From an uncultured Actinomycetes bacterium (GTDB lineage: Bacteria; Actinomycetota; Actinomycetes; UBA12327): a stretch of DNA of 64,000 nucleotides. Shown piece after piece: positions 8,949 to 18,679 of the stretch (positions are counted from its first letter, which is position 1; each line of letters starts with the position of its first letter). Location of the stretch: positions 13,287 to 77,286 of the forward strand of contig CAIXNN010000009.1 of the NCBI GenBank assembly GCA_903920865.1. The letters run 5' to 3'. The translations under genes and the position numbers were made by a program. The notes below the pieces were generated by a model. It saw nothing but the letters and a program-made list of their open reading frames with translations, did not search any database and was not told the origin of the DNA.

Positions 8949-9130
8949 TCGGTGATCAAAGGTTAGCCCATAGGCACTTTTGATGGTCAGGCGGATTGGT
9001 CAGGGAGTGTGGGACTGATGGGTGGAAGTAAGGACGTGCTTGGGCCTTCGTGGCTGTCCGGCGCCCTTTGATCTATTCGATGCGACACACTAGGACCAAC
9101 ATCCGGGTTAGCAATACAGGGCAGGCAGAT

Positions 9131-10012
9131 ATGAGTCGCATCATTGTTGGGGTTGATGGTTCGCAGCAAGCCGTTCTGGCTCTTGACTGGGCTCTTGCGC
9201 AGGCGCAACGCCATGGCGCCCAGGTCGTGATTGCTCACACGTGGCAGCCAGATGTACACGCAACTCCGGCTGTTGCTGGTGCTGTTCCTGACATGGTGCA
9301 AGACGCGCAGGTCAATCATGAGGTGGAGCATCAAGCTCAAGACTGGCTCGATGACATTGTCAAGGAAGCCGCCGGCAAAACCTCGGTCAGCGTGACAGGA
9401 AGTCTTGGTACTGGCTCGCCTGCCGGACACGTGTTAGACCTTGCTGACGATGCTTTGATGATTGTGGTGGGTTCGCGTGGTCGCGGTGGTTTGCGTGGGT
9501 TGGTGTTAGGTTCCACCAGCCAACAAATATCCAGCCACGCGCAGTGTCCAGTGGTCGTAGTACGTGAGGCTGATGCGGTGCAAACCGGACCGGTCGTGGT
9601 CGGCGTCGACGGCTCACCTGCTTCACAGCGCGCCCTTGAGTTGGCATTTGCTGAGGCGGCGCTTCGGAAGACATCACTACTTCTCGTTCATGCCTGGTCA
9701 ACCTCCTTCGCCGGCACATTGATCAATTCAGGGCAGGACTTTGATCGCATTCGCGACAGCGAGGTTGATCAAGGGTGGGTAACGCTGAATACTTCCCTTT
9801 CCAGCCTTGCCCTAACCCACGGCGCGGTTGAGATTGTTGAGCGTTTGGTGCAGGGCAGTCCTAGCGCTGCACTCATTGATGCATCTGCGGGGGCAGTCCT
9901 AACTGTGGTGGGATCTCGTGGTCGTGGCGGGTTCAAGGGCCTGATGCTCGGATCTGTCAGTGCGGCGGTTCTCCAACATGCACACTCCGCGGTGATGGTG
10001 ATTAGGGCTTAG
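9131..10012 (+). CDS. Universal stress protein, tandem UspA domains
   Basis: Two repeats of the pattern VGVDGS...VHAW...VVGSRGRGGxxGxxLGSxS. Confidence 0.9.
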   Translation: MSRIIVGVDGSQQAVLALDWALAQAQRHGAQVVIAHTWQPDVHATPAVAGAVPDMVQDAQVNHEVEHQAQDWLDDIVKEAAGKTSVSVTGSLGTGSPAGHVLDLADDALMIVVGSRGRGGLRGLVLGSTSQQISSHAQCPVVVVREADAVQTGPVVVGVDGSPASQRALELAFAEAALRKTSLLLVHAWSTSFAGTLINSGQDFDRIRDSEVDQGWVTLNTSLSSLALTHGAVEIVERLVQGSPSAALIDASAGAVLTVVGSRGRGGFKGLMLGSVSAAVLQHAHSAVMVIRA

Positions 10013-10025
10013 TTAGCCTTGGGTC

Positions 10026-11285
10026 ATGGTCGCTGTTCGCCCCTTTAGGGCACTTACTGTCAATCCCGCCGTTGCAAACACCATCGTTTCGCTTCCTTAC
10101 GATGTGATGAATGCTGAAGAAGCCGCACACATGGTGGCAAATGGACGCAATCAGTTCCTGCATGTGTCCCGACCTGAGATTGATCTGCCACCTGGATCTG
10201 ATCCCACCAGTGCGCAGGCCTATGAGCAATCGCGCATTGCGCTTGACTCGCTCGTAAACGATGGCTCATTTGTTCGCCAGGCAGCACCGGTGATGTATGC
10301 CATCCGTCAGACGATGGGCGAGCTGGTCCAAGTCGGACTTGTTGCGTCGGCAAGTGTTGATGATTACGACCGCACGGACATTCGAATCCACGAATTTACT
10401 CGTCCCGATAAAGAACTTGACCGGGTCAACCACATTGATGCGGTCAGCGCTCATGACGAACCAGTGTTTTTGACCTATCGAGCCGATGATGTCATTGCCA
10501 GCATTATTTCTGAGGCGATGACTGGCTCTGCGCTGATAGATGTGACCGCCGATGACGGCATTCGTCACGAACTATGGCTCATTGATGATCAAAGTGTGCT
10601 TGCTGAACTTGTTGAGGCCTTTGAATTCATCCCACGCACTTACGTTGCCGATGGCCATCACCGCAGCGCAGCTGCCTCAGTGGTGCGCAAGCGTCGCAAG
10701 GGTGATCAGCCGCCGAGCAAACCAGCGGTCAAGGGTTTGGAGTTTGCTGATGGGCTTGATGGTTTCCTTGCCATCTTGGTTCCTAACGACAGCGTGAATG
10801 TGATGCCCTACAACCGGGTGGTTAACGACTTGGCTGGTCAGTTGCTCGCGGAATTCTTCACGGCCCTCGAAGAGGTCGTGATTATGGAAAAGGTGGACTC
10901 AGCAGTTGCGCCAGTTGAACAACATGTATTCGGCTTGTATGCCGATGATCAGTGGTATCGCTGCCGATTCACCCAAGCACCCGCAGATACGTCAAACCCG
11001 TTGGAACTTCTTGACGTTTCAATGTTGCAAAATCAAATCCTTGGACCGATCCTAGGAATTGATGATCCACGAACAAGTAAGAGGATAAGTTTCGTGGGCG
11101 GAATTCGCGGCACGGATGAACTTGAACGCCTCGTCAATGAAGGCGCTGCACTTGCTTTCTCGATGCCACCGACTTCGGTCCTTGATTTGATTGAAGTTGC
11201 CGACATCGGGGAAGTCATGCCGCCAAAGTCCACTTGGTTTGAGCCCAAGTTGCCGAGCGGATTGGTGATCCACCCGTTCGCCTAA
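10026..11285 (+). CDS. DUF1015 family protein
   Basis: N-terminus MVAVRPFRALTVNP...SLPYDVMNAEEA matches the DUF1015 consensus. Confidence 0.65.
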   Translation: MVAVRPFRALTVNPAVANTIVSLPYDVMNAEEAAHMVANGRNQFLHVSRPEIDLPPGSDPTSAQAYEQSRIALDSLVNDGSFVRQAAPVMYAIRQTMGELVQVGLVASASVDDYDRTDIRIHEFTRPDKELDRVNHIDAVSAHDEPVFLTYRADDVIASIISEAMTGSALIDVTADDGIRHELWLIDDQSVLAELVEAFEFIPRTYVADGHHRSAAASVVRKRRKGDQPPSKPAVKGLEFADGLDGFLAILVPNDSVNVMPYNRVVNDLAGQLLAEFFTALEEVVIMEKVDSAVAPVEQHVFGLYADDQWYRCRFTQAPADTSNPLELLDVSMLQNQILGPILGIDDPRTSKRISFVGGIRGTDELERLVNEGAALAFSMPPTSVLDLIEVADIGEVMPPKSTWFEPKLPSGLVIHPFA

Positions 11286-11340
11286 GCGAGCCATGGTCTT
11301 GGTGCTTGGTGTGGACCCATTGATAGGGCACTCTTAAGCC

Positions 11341-13503
11341 ATGCTTCCCCGCACCCAAAAGGGCGGCCTTGATGCCGATGACTTAGTCGGAGCCGAAGGC
11401 GCTGGCGCACAAAGCCGAAAGCCCCCACCGTCGTGGCTGGTACATGTTCCCTTTGCTTTGTTGGTTGTTGCTGCCCTCGTGCCGCGCGTGGTGGCCCTCG
11501 TTGGCTATCGGCCCCTGCTGATGTTCTTTGGTGATTCGCAGACCTATCTCATTGCTGCCCAATCGAGTCAGTTGTCAACCTCGCGACCATTTGGATACTC
11601 AGCATTTTTGCGACTGATGTCGTGGACTCATGAGATCTGGACCATTGCCCTGATCCAACACTTGGCCATTATCTTCTTGGCCATCATCTTGTATTCCACA
11701 CTGCTTCACTTGAATGCTCCGGTATGGCTGGCGCTGATCGTTCCAGCCCCCATGTTGCTCGATGGTTATCAAATCCTTATCGAACATGTTGCGATGACCG
11801 AGGTGCTGTTCAGCATTTTGATCGTGGGCGCTCTGCTTGTAGCTATTCGGCGACGGTTCACCCTTGGGTCTGGCCTCGTTGTCGGTGTCCTCTTAGCTGC
11901 TGCCACCTTGACCAGAACCGTTGCCCTTCCGGTGATTGCCATCATGTTGGCCTATTTGATTGCTCGCCGCGTGAGCTGGAAATCCATTTGCGCGTGCATC
12001 GTTGCATTTTGTTTGCCGATTGTGGCCTATGCCGGGTGGTTCCTTGCTACCTACGACACGTTTGCTATCCAAAAAGATGGGCGCTTCCTTTATGCCCGGG
12101 TGGCACCAATTGCTGATTGCACGCGCTTGACACTGAGCAATGCAGCCCGAGAGTTGTGCGATTCAACGCCACTGGATGCACGCCCAGGGAGCAATTTCTA
12201 TGCCTGGGATCGAACTTCTCCGTTTAATCAAATCCCCAAAGGACAAACTGCACTAGCGATAGGACAGCAGCGAGAAGTCGAAGGCCGAGAGTTTGGGGTG
12301 GCGGTGATTACTCAACAGCCTTTGGACTACGCGAGATTGGTTGCGCACGATCTAGTGCACTACTTTTCGCCTGGGCGCTTTTCCAGCGTCCAAGACACCC
12401 CGCCATCTTGGTGGGACTTCCCCCTGGTGCCGGCTCGCCCCGATCAGCAAGTGGTGTTGAGTGGATCGGATTTTGCCGATGACAAGTCTGATGTGTCCTT
12501 AAGCCAGCAAGCCGCAACCTTCCTGCGCGGGTGGCAATCGGTTTTTGGGACGCAAGGACTCTTCCTTCTGTTGTGCCTGTTACTGGGAATTGGTGGTGCC
12601 GTTGTTGGAAGGCGGATCAAGGGGGGCGCTCGGCGACTTGATCCGCTTTTGTTCGCGGCCACCGGCACTGCATTGATCGTGGTGCCTTCGGCTACCTCAG
12701 TGTTTGATTATCGCTACGCCTTACCGGCCGCGATTCCGCTGTATGCCGCCGCGGGTTGGGGAATTCTGCTCTTACTTCAGGCTCGCCAGCTGAGGGGTTT
12801 GCAAGGCCAAGAGGTGGTTGAACTCACGGCCTTTGATGATGTTTTTGTTCCTAATCGACACCGTGCGCGCAATCGATTAACGCCATGGCTGACCACCGGC
12901 ACCTTTATCGTCCTGGTCTTAGCAGTGGTGTTGGCGCCGGTGCGAAACGAACCCATCTATGCGCGTTACGCCCGTGCTGGGGCTGAACGCAGCGTTCTGG
13001 GTTACTCCAAAGATTCAGTGCACCCTCTGGTGAGTAATACCGATTGGTCCATTAGAAATTTCGACGGTGGATCCATCTATCTATCACCGGGCTCAAACAC
13101 CTATGTCATCACCAGTGATACAGAAAATGCGTATCGCCGTGGTGGGGGTCAGGCAGTTTTCGGATTGCCACTGACTGGCACATCCACACTTCGACAATTT
13201 GGCCGTGAATCCGTCACGTGGTTTGAACGCGGAGTGATCGTGTACTCCCAAAAGCGCGGGGCGCGAACAGTTTTGCCACCCCTTATCGATGGGTGGTGCT
13301 TCCCGACCTCACCGTGCACATTGGGAGTTCCGTTGGCTAACGCTCAAAGGCAAGCCAATGGCACCCTCAAGCAGGAATTTACTGGCGGCTCCCTAGTGAG
13401 CCAGCTCGATGGAAGTGTCAAAGAATTGCCACGCAAATCAAGCACTGTCACACCTGAACTGCCTACCGATGCTGTCTTGCCGCCAGATGTTCGTGGTGGC
13501 TAA
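11341..13503 (+). CDS. Large polytopic membrane protein (GT-C glycosyltransferase-like N-terminal domain) with C-terminal LGFP-like repeats
   Basis: About 450 aa with at least 10 TMS, then a soluble C-terminal region with about 50-aa repeats containing G-x-S/T...F/Y-x-x-G and F-E-R-G-V-I-V-Y-S. These resemble cell-wall-binding LGFP repeats. Confidence 0.45.
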   Translation: MLPRTQKGGLDADDLVGAEGAGAQSRKPPPSWLVHVPFALLVVAALVPRVVALVGYRPLLMFFGDSQTYLIAAQSSQLSTSRPFGYSAFLRLMSWTHEIWTIALIQHLAIIFLAIILYSTLLHLNAPVWLALIVPAPMLLDGYQILIEHVAMTEVLFSILIVGALLVAIRRRFTLGSGLVVGVLLAAATLTRTVALPVIAIMLAYLIARRVSWKSICACIVAFCLPIVAYAGWFLATYDTFAIQKDGRFLYARVAPIADCTRLTLSNAARELCDSTPLDARPGSNFYAWDRTSPFNQIPKGQTALAIGQQREVEGREFGVAVITQQPLDYARLVAHDLVHYFSPGRFSSVQDTPPSWWDFPLVPARPDQQVVLSGSDFADDKSDVSLSQQAATFLRGWQSVFGTQGLFLLLCLLLGIGGAVVGRRIKGGARRLDPLLFAATGTALIVVPSATSVFDYRYALPAAIPLYAAAGWGILLLLQARQLRGLQGQEVVELTAFDDVFVPNRHRARNRLTPWLTTGTFIVLVLAVVLAPVRNEPIYARYARAGAERSVLGYSKDSVHPLVSNTDWSIRNFDGGSIYLSPGSNTYVITSDTENAYRRGGGQAVFGLPLTGTSTLRQFGRESVTWFERGVIVYSQKRGARTVLPPLIDGWCFPTSPCTLGVPLANAQRQANGTLKQEFTGGSLVSQLDGSVKELPRKSSTVTPELPTDAVLPPDVRGG

Positions 13504-13504
13504 G

Positions 13505-13885
13505 TTAATCGTGGATTACTGGTTGCCAAGCGCGAACAATGTCTCGAAGAGAAATCACACCGATGACGTTGCCATCATCTAGCACAACCAGATGTCGGTA
13601 GCCACCTTTTCGCATGGCATCTGTAGCTAGGTCCAGTGACCACTCGGGGTCTGCATAGACCGCATCGCGAGATAAGTGGTGCGCGACAATTTGCTCGTCC
13701 ACGTTTTGACATTCGGCAATAGCCATCAAGATCGCGCGTTCACTGATGATTCCAACGCCGACATCGGGATCAATGACAACAGCCGATCCAACATGGGCCT
13801 GGGCCATCTGCTGGGCGGCTTCACGCAATGTGTGACTTGGGCCAAGTGTGACCACGCTAGGGGTCATGACATCTCGAACGATCAT
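13505..13885 (-). CDS. CBS domain pair protein
   Basis: MIVRDVMTPSVVTL... plus a second CBS motif (LVVLDDGNVIGVISLRDIV). GGGAGG SD before ATG 13885. Confidence 0.85.
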   Translation of the reverse strand: MIVRDVMTPSVVTLGPSHTLREAAQQMAQAHVGSAVVIDPDVGVGIISERAILMAIAECQNVDEQIVAHHLSRDAVYADPEWSLDLATDAMRKGGYRHLVVLDDGNVIGVISLRDIVRAWQPVIHD

Positions 13886-14015
13886 CTTCGCCTCCCTCAG
13901 GTTGGCACCTTCCAATAGTCCTGCTCGAACGGCTCTGGCACAAGCCATTATCGAATTCCAACTGCTAGGGGCGCAGTCGCCACGTACAGCAATAGGACCT
14001 TTGACCTAGGCTGAT

Positions 14016-14771
14016 TTGGTGACCGACCGTGAGCAAACCTCTCGCAGCGCATACCTGCGGGAACTCATCCCAGCAATTGTCATCATGGGGTGGATAACGG
14101 TGGTGCTTGCCGTCGATGTTCATGTGCATCAGTTTGGGCAATTAGTCCTAGGAATCTTGACCTGGGCCTTGCTGGTTTTTGTGCTCAAGCGTGAAACGGT
14201 TCTCGTTCGTATTCAGGTAGGCATCGTGGTTGTTTTCGCAACCTTGATCGAGTATTCGTTTTCACCTGTGCTTGATGTTTATACCTATCGTTTGGGCGGA
14301 ATTTTTGGCGTGCCAAGTTTCGTTCCGCCAGGCCATGGATTGATCTACTTCGCCGCATTGACCCTAGGAACCTCGCAGACCTTTCAACGGTTCGGCAGAG
14401 AATTAATTATCGCGTGCATTGCACTAGGCGGCTTGTACGCGGCTTGGGGTTTGTGGCTATCGCCGCAACGTGATGCTCTGGGTTGTTTCTGGTACGGCTG
14501 TTTGGTCATGTTTTTGATCTTCGGTCGGCAACGGCTCGTTTACGTTGGTGCTTTTGTGGTCGTGACCTACTTGGAACTGGTGGGCACACATTGGGGGGTG
14601 TGGCGCTGGTCCACCATCGACCCCACAGGTCAGATCAGCATTGGAAATCCGCCATCGGGGGCCGCTGGTGGTTATGGCTGGTTTGACTTGGTGGCAATCA
14701 CGCTCGCACCAAGAATGGCAAACTGGTTAGCGCTACGAGCTAAAGATGGACAAGACCTCAGCGTGCAGTAA
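14016..14771 (+). CDS. Hypothetical integral membrane protein
   Basis: 251 aa with about 6 TMS and no recognised motif. Confidence 0.4.
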   Translation: MVTDREQTSRSAYLRELIPAIVIMGWITVVLAVDVHVHQFGQLVLGILTWALLVFVLKRETVLVRIQVGIVVVFATLIEYSFSPVLDVYTYRLGGIFGVPSFVPPGHGLIYFAALTLGTSQTFQRFGRELIIACIALGGLYAAWGLWLSPQRDALGCFWYGCLVMFLIFGRQRLVYVGAFVVVTYLELVGTHWGVWRWSTIDPTGQISIGNPPSGAAGGYGWFDLVAITLAPRMANWLALRAKDGQDLSVQ

Positions 14772-15512
14772 GGAATTAGTCGTGACAGCGCAGCCGGCTA
14801 CCAGTCCATCCTCATTTCGAAATCCCGAAAGTTGTCCGCCAGCTTCTTCAACGATGGGAATAAGGGCAGCAATGTCCCACAGCGAAAGTTCGGGCTCAGC
14901 GGCGATATCGATGAGCCCTTCGGCAACCAGCATGTGCACAAAGAAGTCGGTGTTCGCGCTGACCTTGCTCACTTGTGCCTGAAGGGCGACAAATTGCGTT
15001 TCACGTTGGGACCAGTCACTTCGTGGCGAGAACGCAAAGCAGGCCTGCTGAAGCTGGTCCGTGACACTAACGTGCAATGGTCGCGCTTGGTCTGATTCGG
15101 ATGAGGTAAACGCGCCCAACCCGCGCGCGGCCCACCAGCGTCGTTGCATGGCAGGTGCCGACACAACCCCGATGATCACTTCATCGCCATCAACCAGAGC
15201 GATCAACGTGGCCCAGACTTCGTTGCCAGTGATAAAACTCTTGGTTCCATCAATGGGGTCAATGATCCAGCGACGGCCACGCACGGAAGTGTCAGCGCCA
15301 AATTCCTCACCTAGTACGACATCTGCTGGGCGCTGTTGATCAAGGATTTCGCGCAGTTTGAGTTCAACATCGCGATCGGCATCGGTGACCGGGGTTTGAT
15401 CCGACTTGAGCTCCACTGTTAAATCAAGGGCTCGAAATCGATCAAGAGTTATGCCGTCAGCAACATCGGCGAGGTGATGGGCCAATGCGAGATCAGCCTC
15501 GAGCGTGGACAT
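14733..15512 (-). CDS. hisN: Histidinol-phosphatase, inositol monophosphatase family
   Basis: IMPase-family motifs GEEFG, IDPIDGT and WD...A, and an actinobacterial HisN-like N-terminus. Confidence 0.7.
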   Translation of the reverse strand: MSTLEADLALAHHLADVADGITLDRFRALDLTVELKSDQTPVTDADRDVELKLREILDQQRPADVVLGEEFGADTSVRGRRWIIDPIDGTKSFITGNEVWATLIALVDGDEVIIGVVSAPAMQRRWWAARGLGAFTSSESDQARPLHVSVTDQLQQACFAFSPRSDWSQRETQFVALQAQVSKVSANTDFFVHMLVAEGLIDIAAEPELSLWDIAALIPIVEEAGGQLSGFRNEDGLVAGCAVTTNSLLHAEVLSIFSS

Positions 15513-15521
15513 GCCCTAACG

Positions 15522-16517
15522 CTATCGCGGGTCAGCGGTCCTTGATCGCATTAGCCGGCGTAGCGAATCAAGACGTTGGGCGGTTGATTCACCTTGTTCT
15601 ACCCAAGCATCTAGGGCGCACTCAGGTTCATCGTGGCTGCACCCTCGTGGACAGTTCTCGGTACCAGAAGCTAGATCCGCGAACCCTTGGATGAGTTTGT
15701 CCGGTTGCACGTGCGCAATGCCAAAGGAACGGATCCCTGGGGTATCAATAACCCAACCTCCCGCTGGCAATTCAAGGGCTACGGCTGAGGTAGAGGTATG
15801 CCGCCCCCGTCCGGTGACGGCGTTCACATGCCCGATGGATCTGTCGGCGCTGGGAACAAGTGCATTAACTAATGTTGATTTACCAACACCTGATGCGCCC
15901 AGAAAAACTGTTCGGCGATCGGTGACTGCATTGATCAATTCAGTCAGTGGTTGACCCTTTTGGGTAACGATGGCTTGAACATCAAGGGCAGCGTATTGAT
16001 CGATCATGTCTTGCGGGTCCGCAAGGTCCGATTTTGTCAAAATAAGAATCGGTTGCATCGCCGCATCAAGGGCAGCCACGATGGCACGATCAACTAATCG
16101 AGTTTGGGGTGCAGGATCTGCCAATGCCACGACAACGGCCAACTGGTCCGCATTGGCCACAATCACTCGTTCTTCAGGGTCTGTGTCATCAGCTGTGCGG
16201 CGAAGGGTGGTGGTGCGTTTTCCAATGCGCACGATTCGAGCCAGCGAATCCTCAGACCCCGACAAATCTCCCACTAGATCTGCAAAATCTCCCACGACGA
16301 TGCCCTTTCGCCCCATCTCTCGGGCTCGCATGGCCGTTACTACTCGCTCGTTCTCACCAGATCCGATGACGCAGGTCCAACGACCCCGATCAACAGCTAC
16401 AACAATGCCTTGTTCGGCATCTTCGTGGGCGGGGCGATCCTTGGAGCGTGGTCGCGATTTTCCGCGGCCAGGGCGAACGCGAACATCATCTTCATCAAGA
16501 TGCGAATGGTCAGCCAT
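15522..16517 (-). CDS. rsgA: Ribosome small subunit-dependent GTPase A
   Basis: Circularly permuted GTPase: G4 TKSDL precedes G1 GASGVGKST, with the C-terminal zinc finger CPRGCSHDEPEC. Confidence 0.9.
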   Translation of the reverse strand: MADHSHLDEDDVRVRPGRGKSRPRSKDRPAHEDAEQGIVVAVDRGRWTCVIGSGENERVVTAMRAREMGRKGIVVGDFADLVGDLSGSEDSLARIVRIGKRTTTLRRTADDTDPEERVIVANADQLAVVVALADPAPQTRLVDRAIVAALDAAMQPILILTKSDLADPQDMIDQYAALDVQAIVTQKGQPLTELINAVTDRRTVFLGASGVGKSTLVNALVPSADRSIGHVNAVTGRGRHTSTSAVALELPAGGWVIDTPGIRSFGIAHVQPDKLIQGFADLASGTENCPRGCSHDEPECALDAWVEQGESTAQRLDSLRRLMRSRTADPR

Positions 16518-17827
16518 CAGTTGTGTTGACCCAACATGTCATGCCACAGTCCTTCAAAACCGGGCAAAGTCTTTTCGGTAGTAGCGATATTTTCCACCAT
16601 CACTGAATTGACACACAAACCGATGATTGCGCCCGCTGTTGCCATTCTGTGATCGTTATATGTGTGCCACGTCCCGCCACGAAGTGGAGTTGGCGTGATG
16701 ACCAAGCCATCGCTGGTTTGTTCCACGTGACCACCGAGTGCATTGATTTGGTCTTCGAGGGCTTGCAGGCGATCGGTTTCATGTCCACGTAAGTGCGCAA
16801 CGCCAGTAATCGTGGTGGGGGAGTCTGCTAACACGGCCACCGCTGCCAAGGTGGGCACCAGCTCGCCAACTTCGCGCATATCTACGTCGATGCCTGCCAA
16901 GGTGTCGCCACCGGTCACGGTTAACGATGAGCCATTGCGCGAAACTCGAGCTCCCATCGCGGCTAGCAAGTCTGGGAATCGTGCTCCGGCCTGAGTAGTT
17001 GTCCTTGGCCAGAGGTCAATGGTTGCAGAGTTTCCAGTAACTGCGGCAGCGGCCAAGAACGGCGCTGCGTTGGACAGGTCAGGTTCAATGGTGATGTCCG
17101 CGGCCGAAACCACGCCGGGTTTGACCGACCAGGTGGCATGGGTTGGATCTTCAGTGTGCGCTGTGACATCAACCCCGCGCTCGCGCATCATGGCAACTGT
17201 CATATCTATATGCGGCAGGGATGGCAATGCTCCACCTTGATGCTCAATGGTCAATCCTTCGACGAAGGCAGCACCTACCAAAAGCAAGGCAGTAACAAAT
17301 TGCGATGACGCGGATGCATCCAGTCGGATGTGACCGCCTCGTGGTGGACCATCGGCATGCACGGTGAAGGGAAGTAGCCCACGTCCCTGGTCCTCAATGC
17401 GAACACCCAGCTCGCGAAGCGCGGTAATCACCGGTTGCATGGGGCGCACGCGGGCTTGCGGGTCACCATCGATGGTGATCTCACCGGTAGCTAGCGATGC
17501 AAGGGCTGGGACAAACCTCATGACTGTTCCGGCCAACCCGCAGTTGATCGTGGCTGGCCCAAACATGGGCTGTGGGACAACTTCCCAACCGCGAACCGGC
17601 GAGTTCGGGTCGTCAAGGTCGCTGCCACCGATTCCCAACGACCGCAGTGCCGCGGCCATGTACATAGTGTCTTGGGCATGCAGCGGTCGCCAAATCTTGG
17701 ACGGACCGTTACTAATGGCGGCAAGAATAAGTGCGCGATTGGTTATCGATTTGGATCCGGGGACCTGAACGGTGGCATCGAAGGCAGCACTGGCTTGCGG
17801 CGCGGGCCAAAGGACAGGTTCATTCAC
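16517..17827 (-). CDS. aroA: 3-phosphoshikimate 1-carboxyvinyltransferase (EPSP synthase)
   Basis: LPGSKSITNRALILAA N-terminal signature, 436 aa. Confidence 0.9.
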   Translation of the reverse strand: MNEPVLWPAPQASAAFDATVQVPGSKSITNRALILAAISNGPSKIWRPLHAQDTMYMAAALRSLGIGGSDLDDPNSPVRGWEVVPQPMFGPATINCGLAGTVMRFVPALASLATGEITIDGDPQARVRPMQPVITALRELGVRIEDQGRGLLPFTVHADGPPRGGHIRLDASASSQFVTALLLVGAAFVEGLTIEHQGGALPSLPHIDMTVAMMRERGVDVTAHTEDPTHATWSVKPGVVSAADITIEPDLSNAAPFLAAAAVTGNSATIDLWPRTTTQAGARFPDLLAAMGARVSRNGSSLTVTGGDTLAGIDVDMREVGELVPTLAAVAVLADSPTTITGVAHLRGHETDRLQALEDQINALGGHVEQTSDGLVITPTPLRGGTWHTYNDHRMATAGAIIGLCVNSVMVENIATTEKTLPGFEGLWHDMLGQHN

Positions 17828-17962
17828 AAATCTCAGCCTACAGATGGTTCGCTCGTGGTTGGTGTTTCGGCGAGCATTGCGATAAAAGCAAATCTAACGT
17901 GGAGTGCACAACCGGCTAGTCACGTGGGCTAACGTCAAATGTGGCTGGACTGAAGGGCGCTC

Positions 17963-18679
17963 CTACAAGGTCTCAAGCTTTCCGTTGTCAATTCTTAGGT
18001 GGATTTGAGCTCGCTTGGCAACTGTCGAATCGTGCGTGACGACGATGACAGTTATCCCTTGATCTTGAGCCAGCCCTTCAAGCAATCCAATAATGTCGTC
18101 ACGCGTTTGTTCATCAAGGTTTCCGGTGGGTTCATCGGCCAAAATTACTTCGGGATTCTTCACCAATGCCCGAGCGATAGCTACGCGTTGCTGTTGACCG
18201 CCAGAGAGCTCACCAGGTAGGTGGTGAGCCCGATCCAGCAAGTTGACTGACTCAAGGGCCCGTAAGGCTCGATGTTGTGCTTCTTTGTTTGAAATCTTCG
18301 TCGGTACCAAAGCCGTTTGCACATTTTCTACTGCGCTAAGGGTTGGAATCAAATTGTAGTTTTGAAAAACAAACCCGATGGATTCGGCCCTGATCTGAGA
18401 AAGCCTGCCATCTCGAAGGGAAGAAATTTCCGTACCATTCAGGGTTACAGATCCAGTCGTTGGCCGTTCCAGTCCGCCAAGAATTTGAAGCAAAGTGGAT
18501 TTTCCTCCACCGGTAGGGCCTTGAACAGAGACCATTGCTGCGCGCGGGATGGAAAGCGAAACATTTTCCAGAGCGATCACCGTTGAGGATCCCTTAGGGA
18601 ACTCCTTACCGATATTGTCAAGCTCATACATTGATATTGAGGCACTGTCAGTCAGCATGGGGGACTGGTTAGTTGTCAT
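17963..18679 (-). CDS. ABC transporter ATP-binding protein (MacB/LolD-like)
   Basis: Walker A GPTGGGKST, signature LSGGQQQRVAIARAL, Walker B ILADEPTGNLD. Confidence 0.9.
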   Translation of the reverse strand: MTTNQSPMLTDSASISMYELDNIGKEFPKGSSTVIALENVSLSIPRAAMVSVQGPTGGGKSTLLQILGGLERPTTGSVTLNGTEISSLRDGRLSQIRAESIGFVFQNYNLIPTLSAVENVQTALVPTKISNKEAQHRALRALESVNLLDRAHHLPGELSGGQQQRVAIARALVKNPEVILADEPTGNLDEQTRDDIIGLLEGLAQDQGITVIVVTHDSTVAKRAQIHLRIDNGKLETL

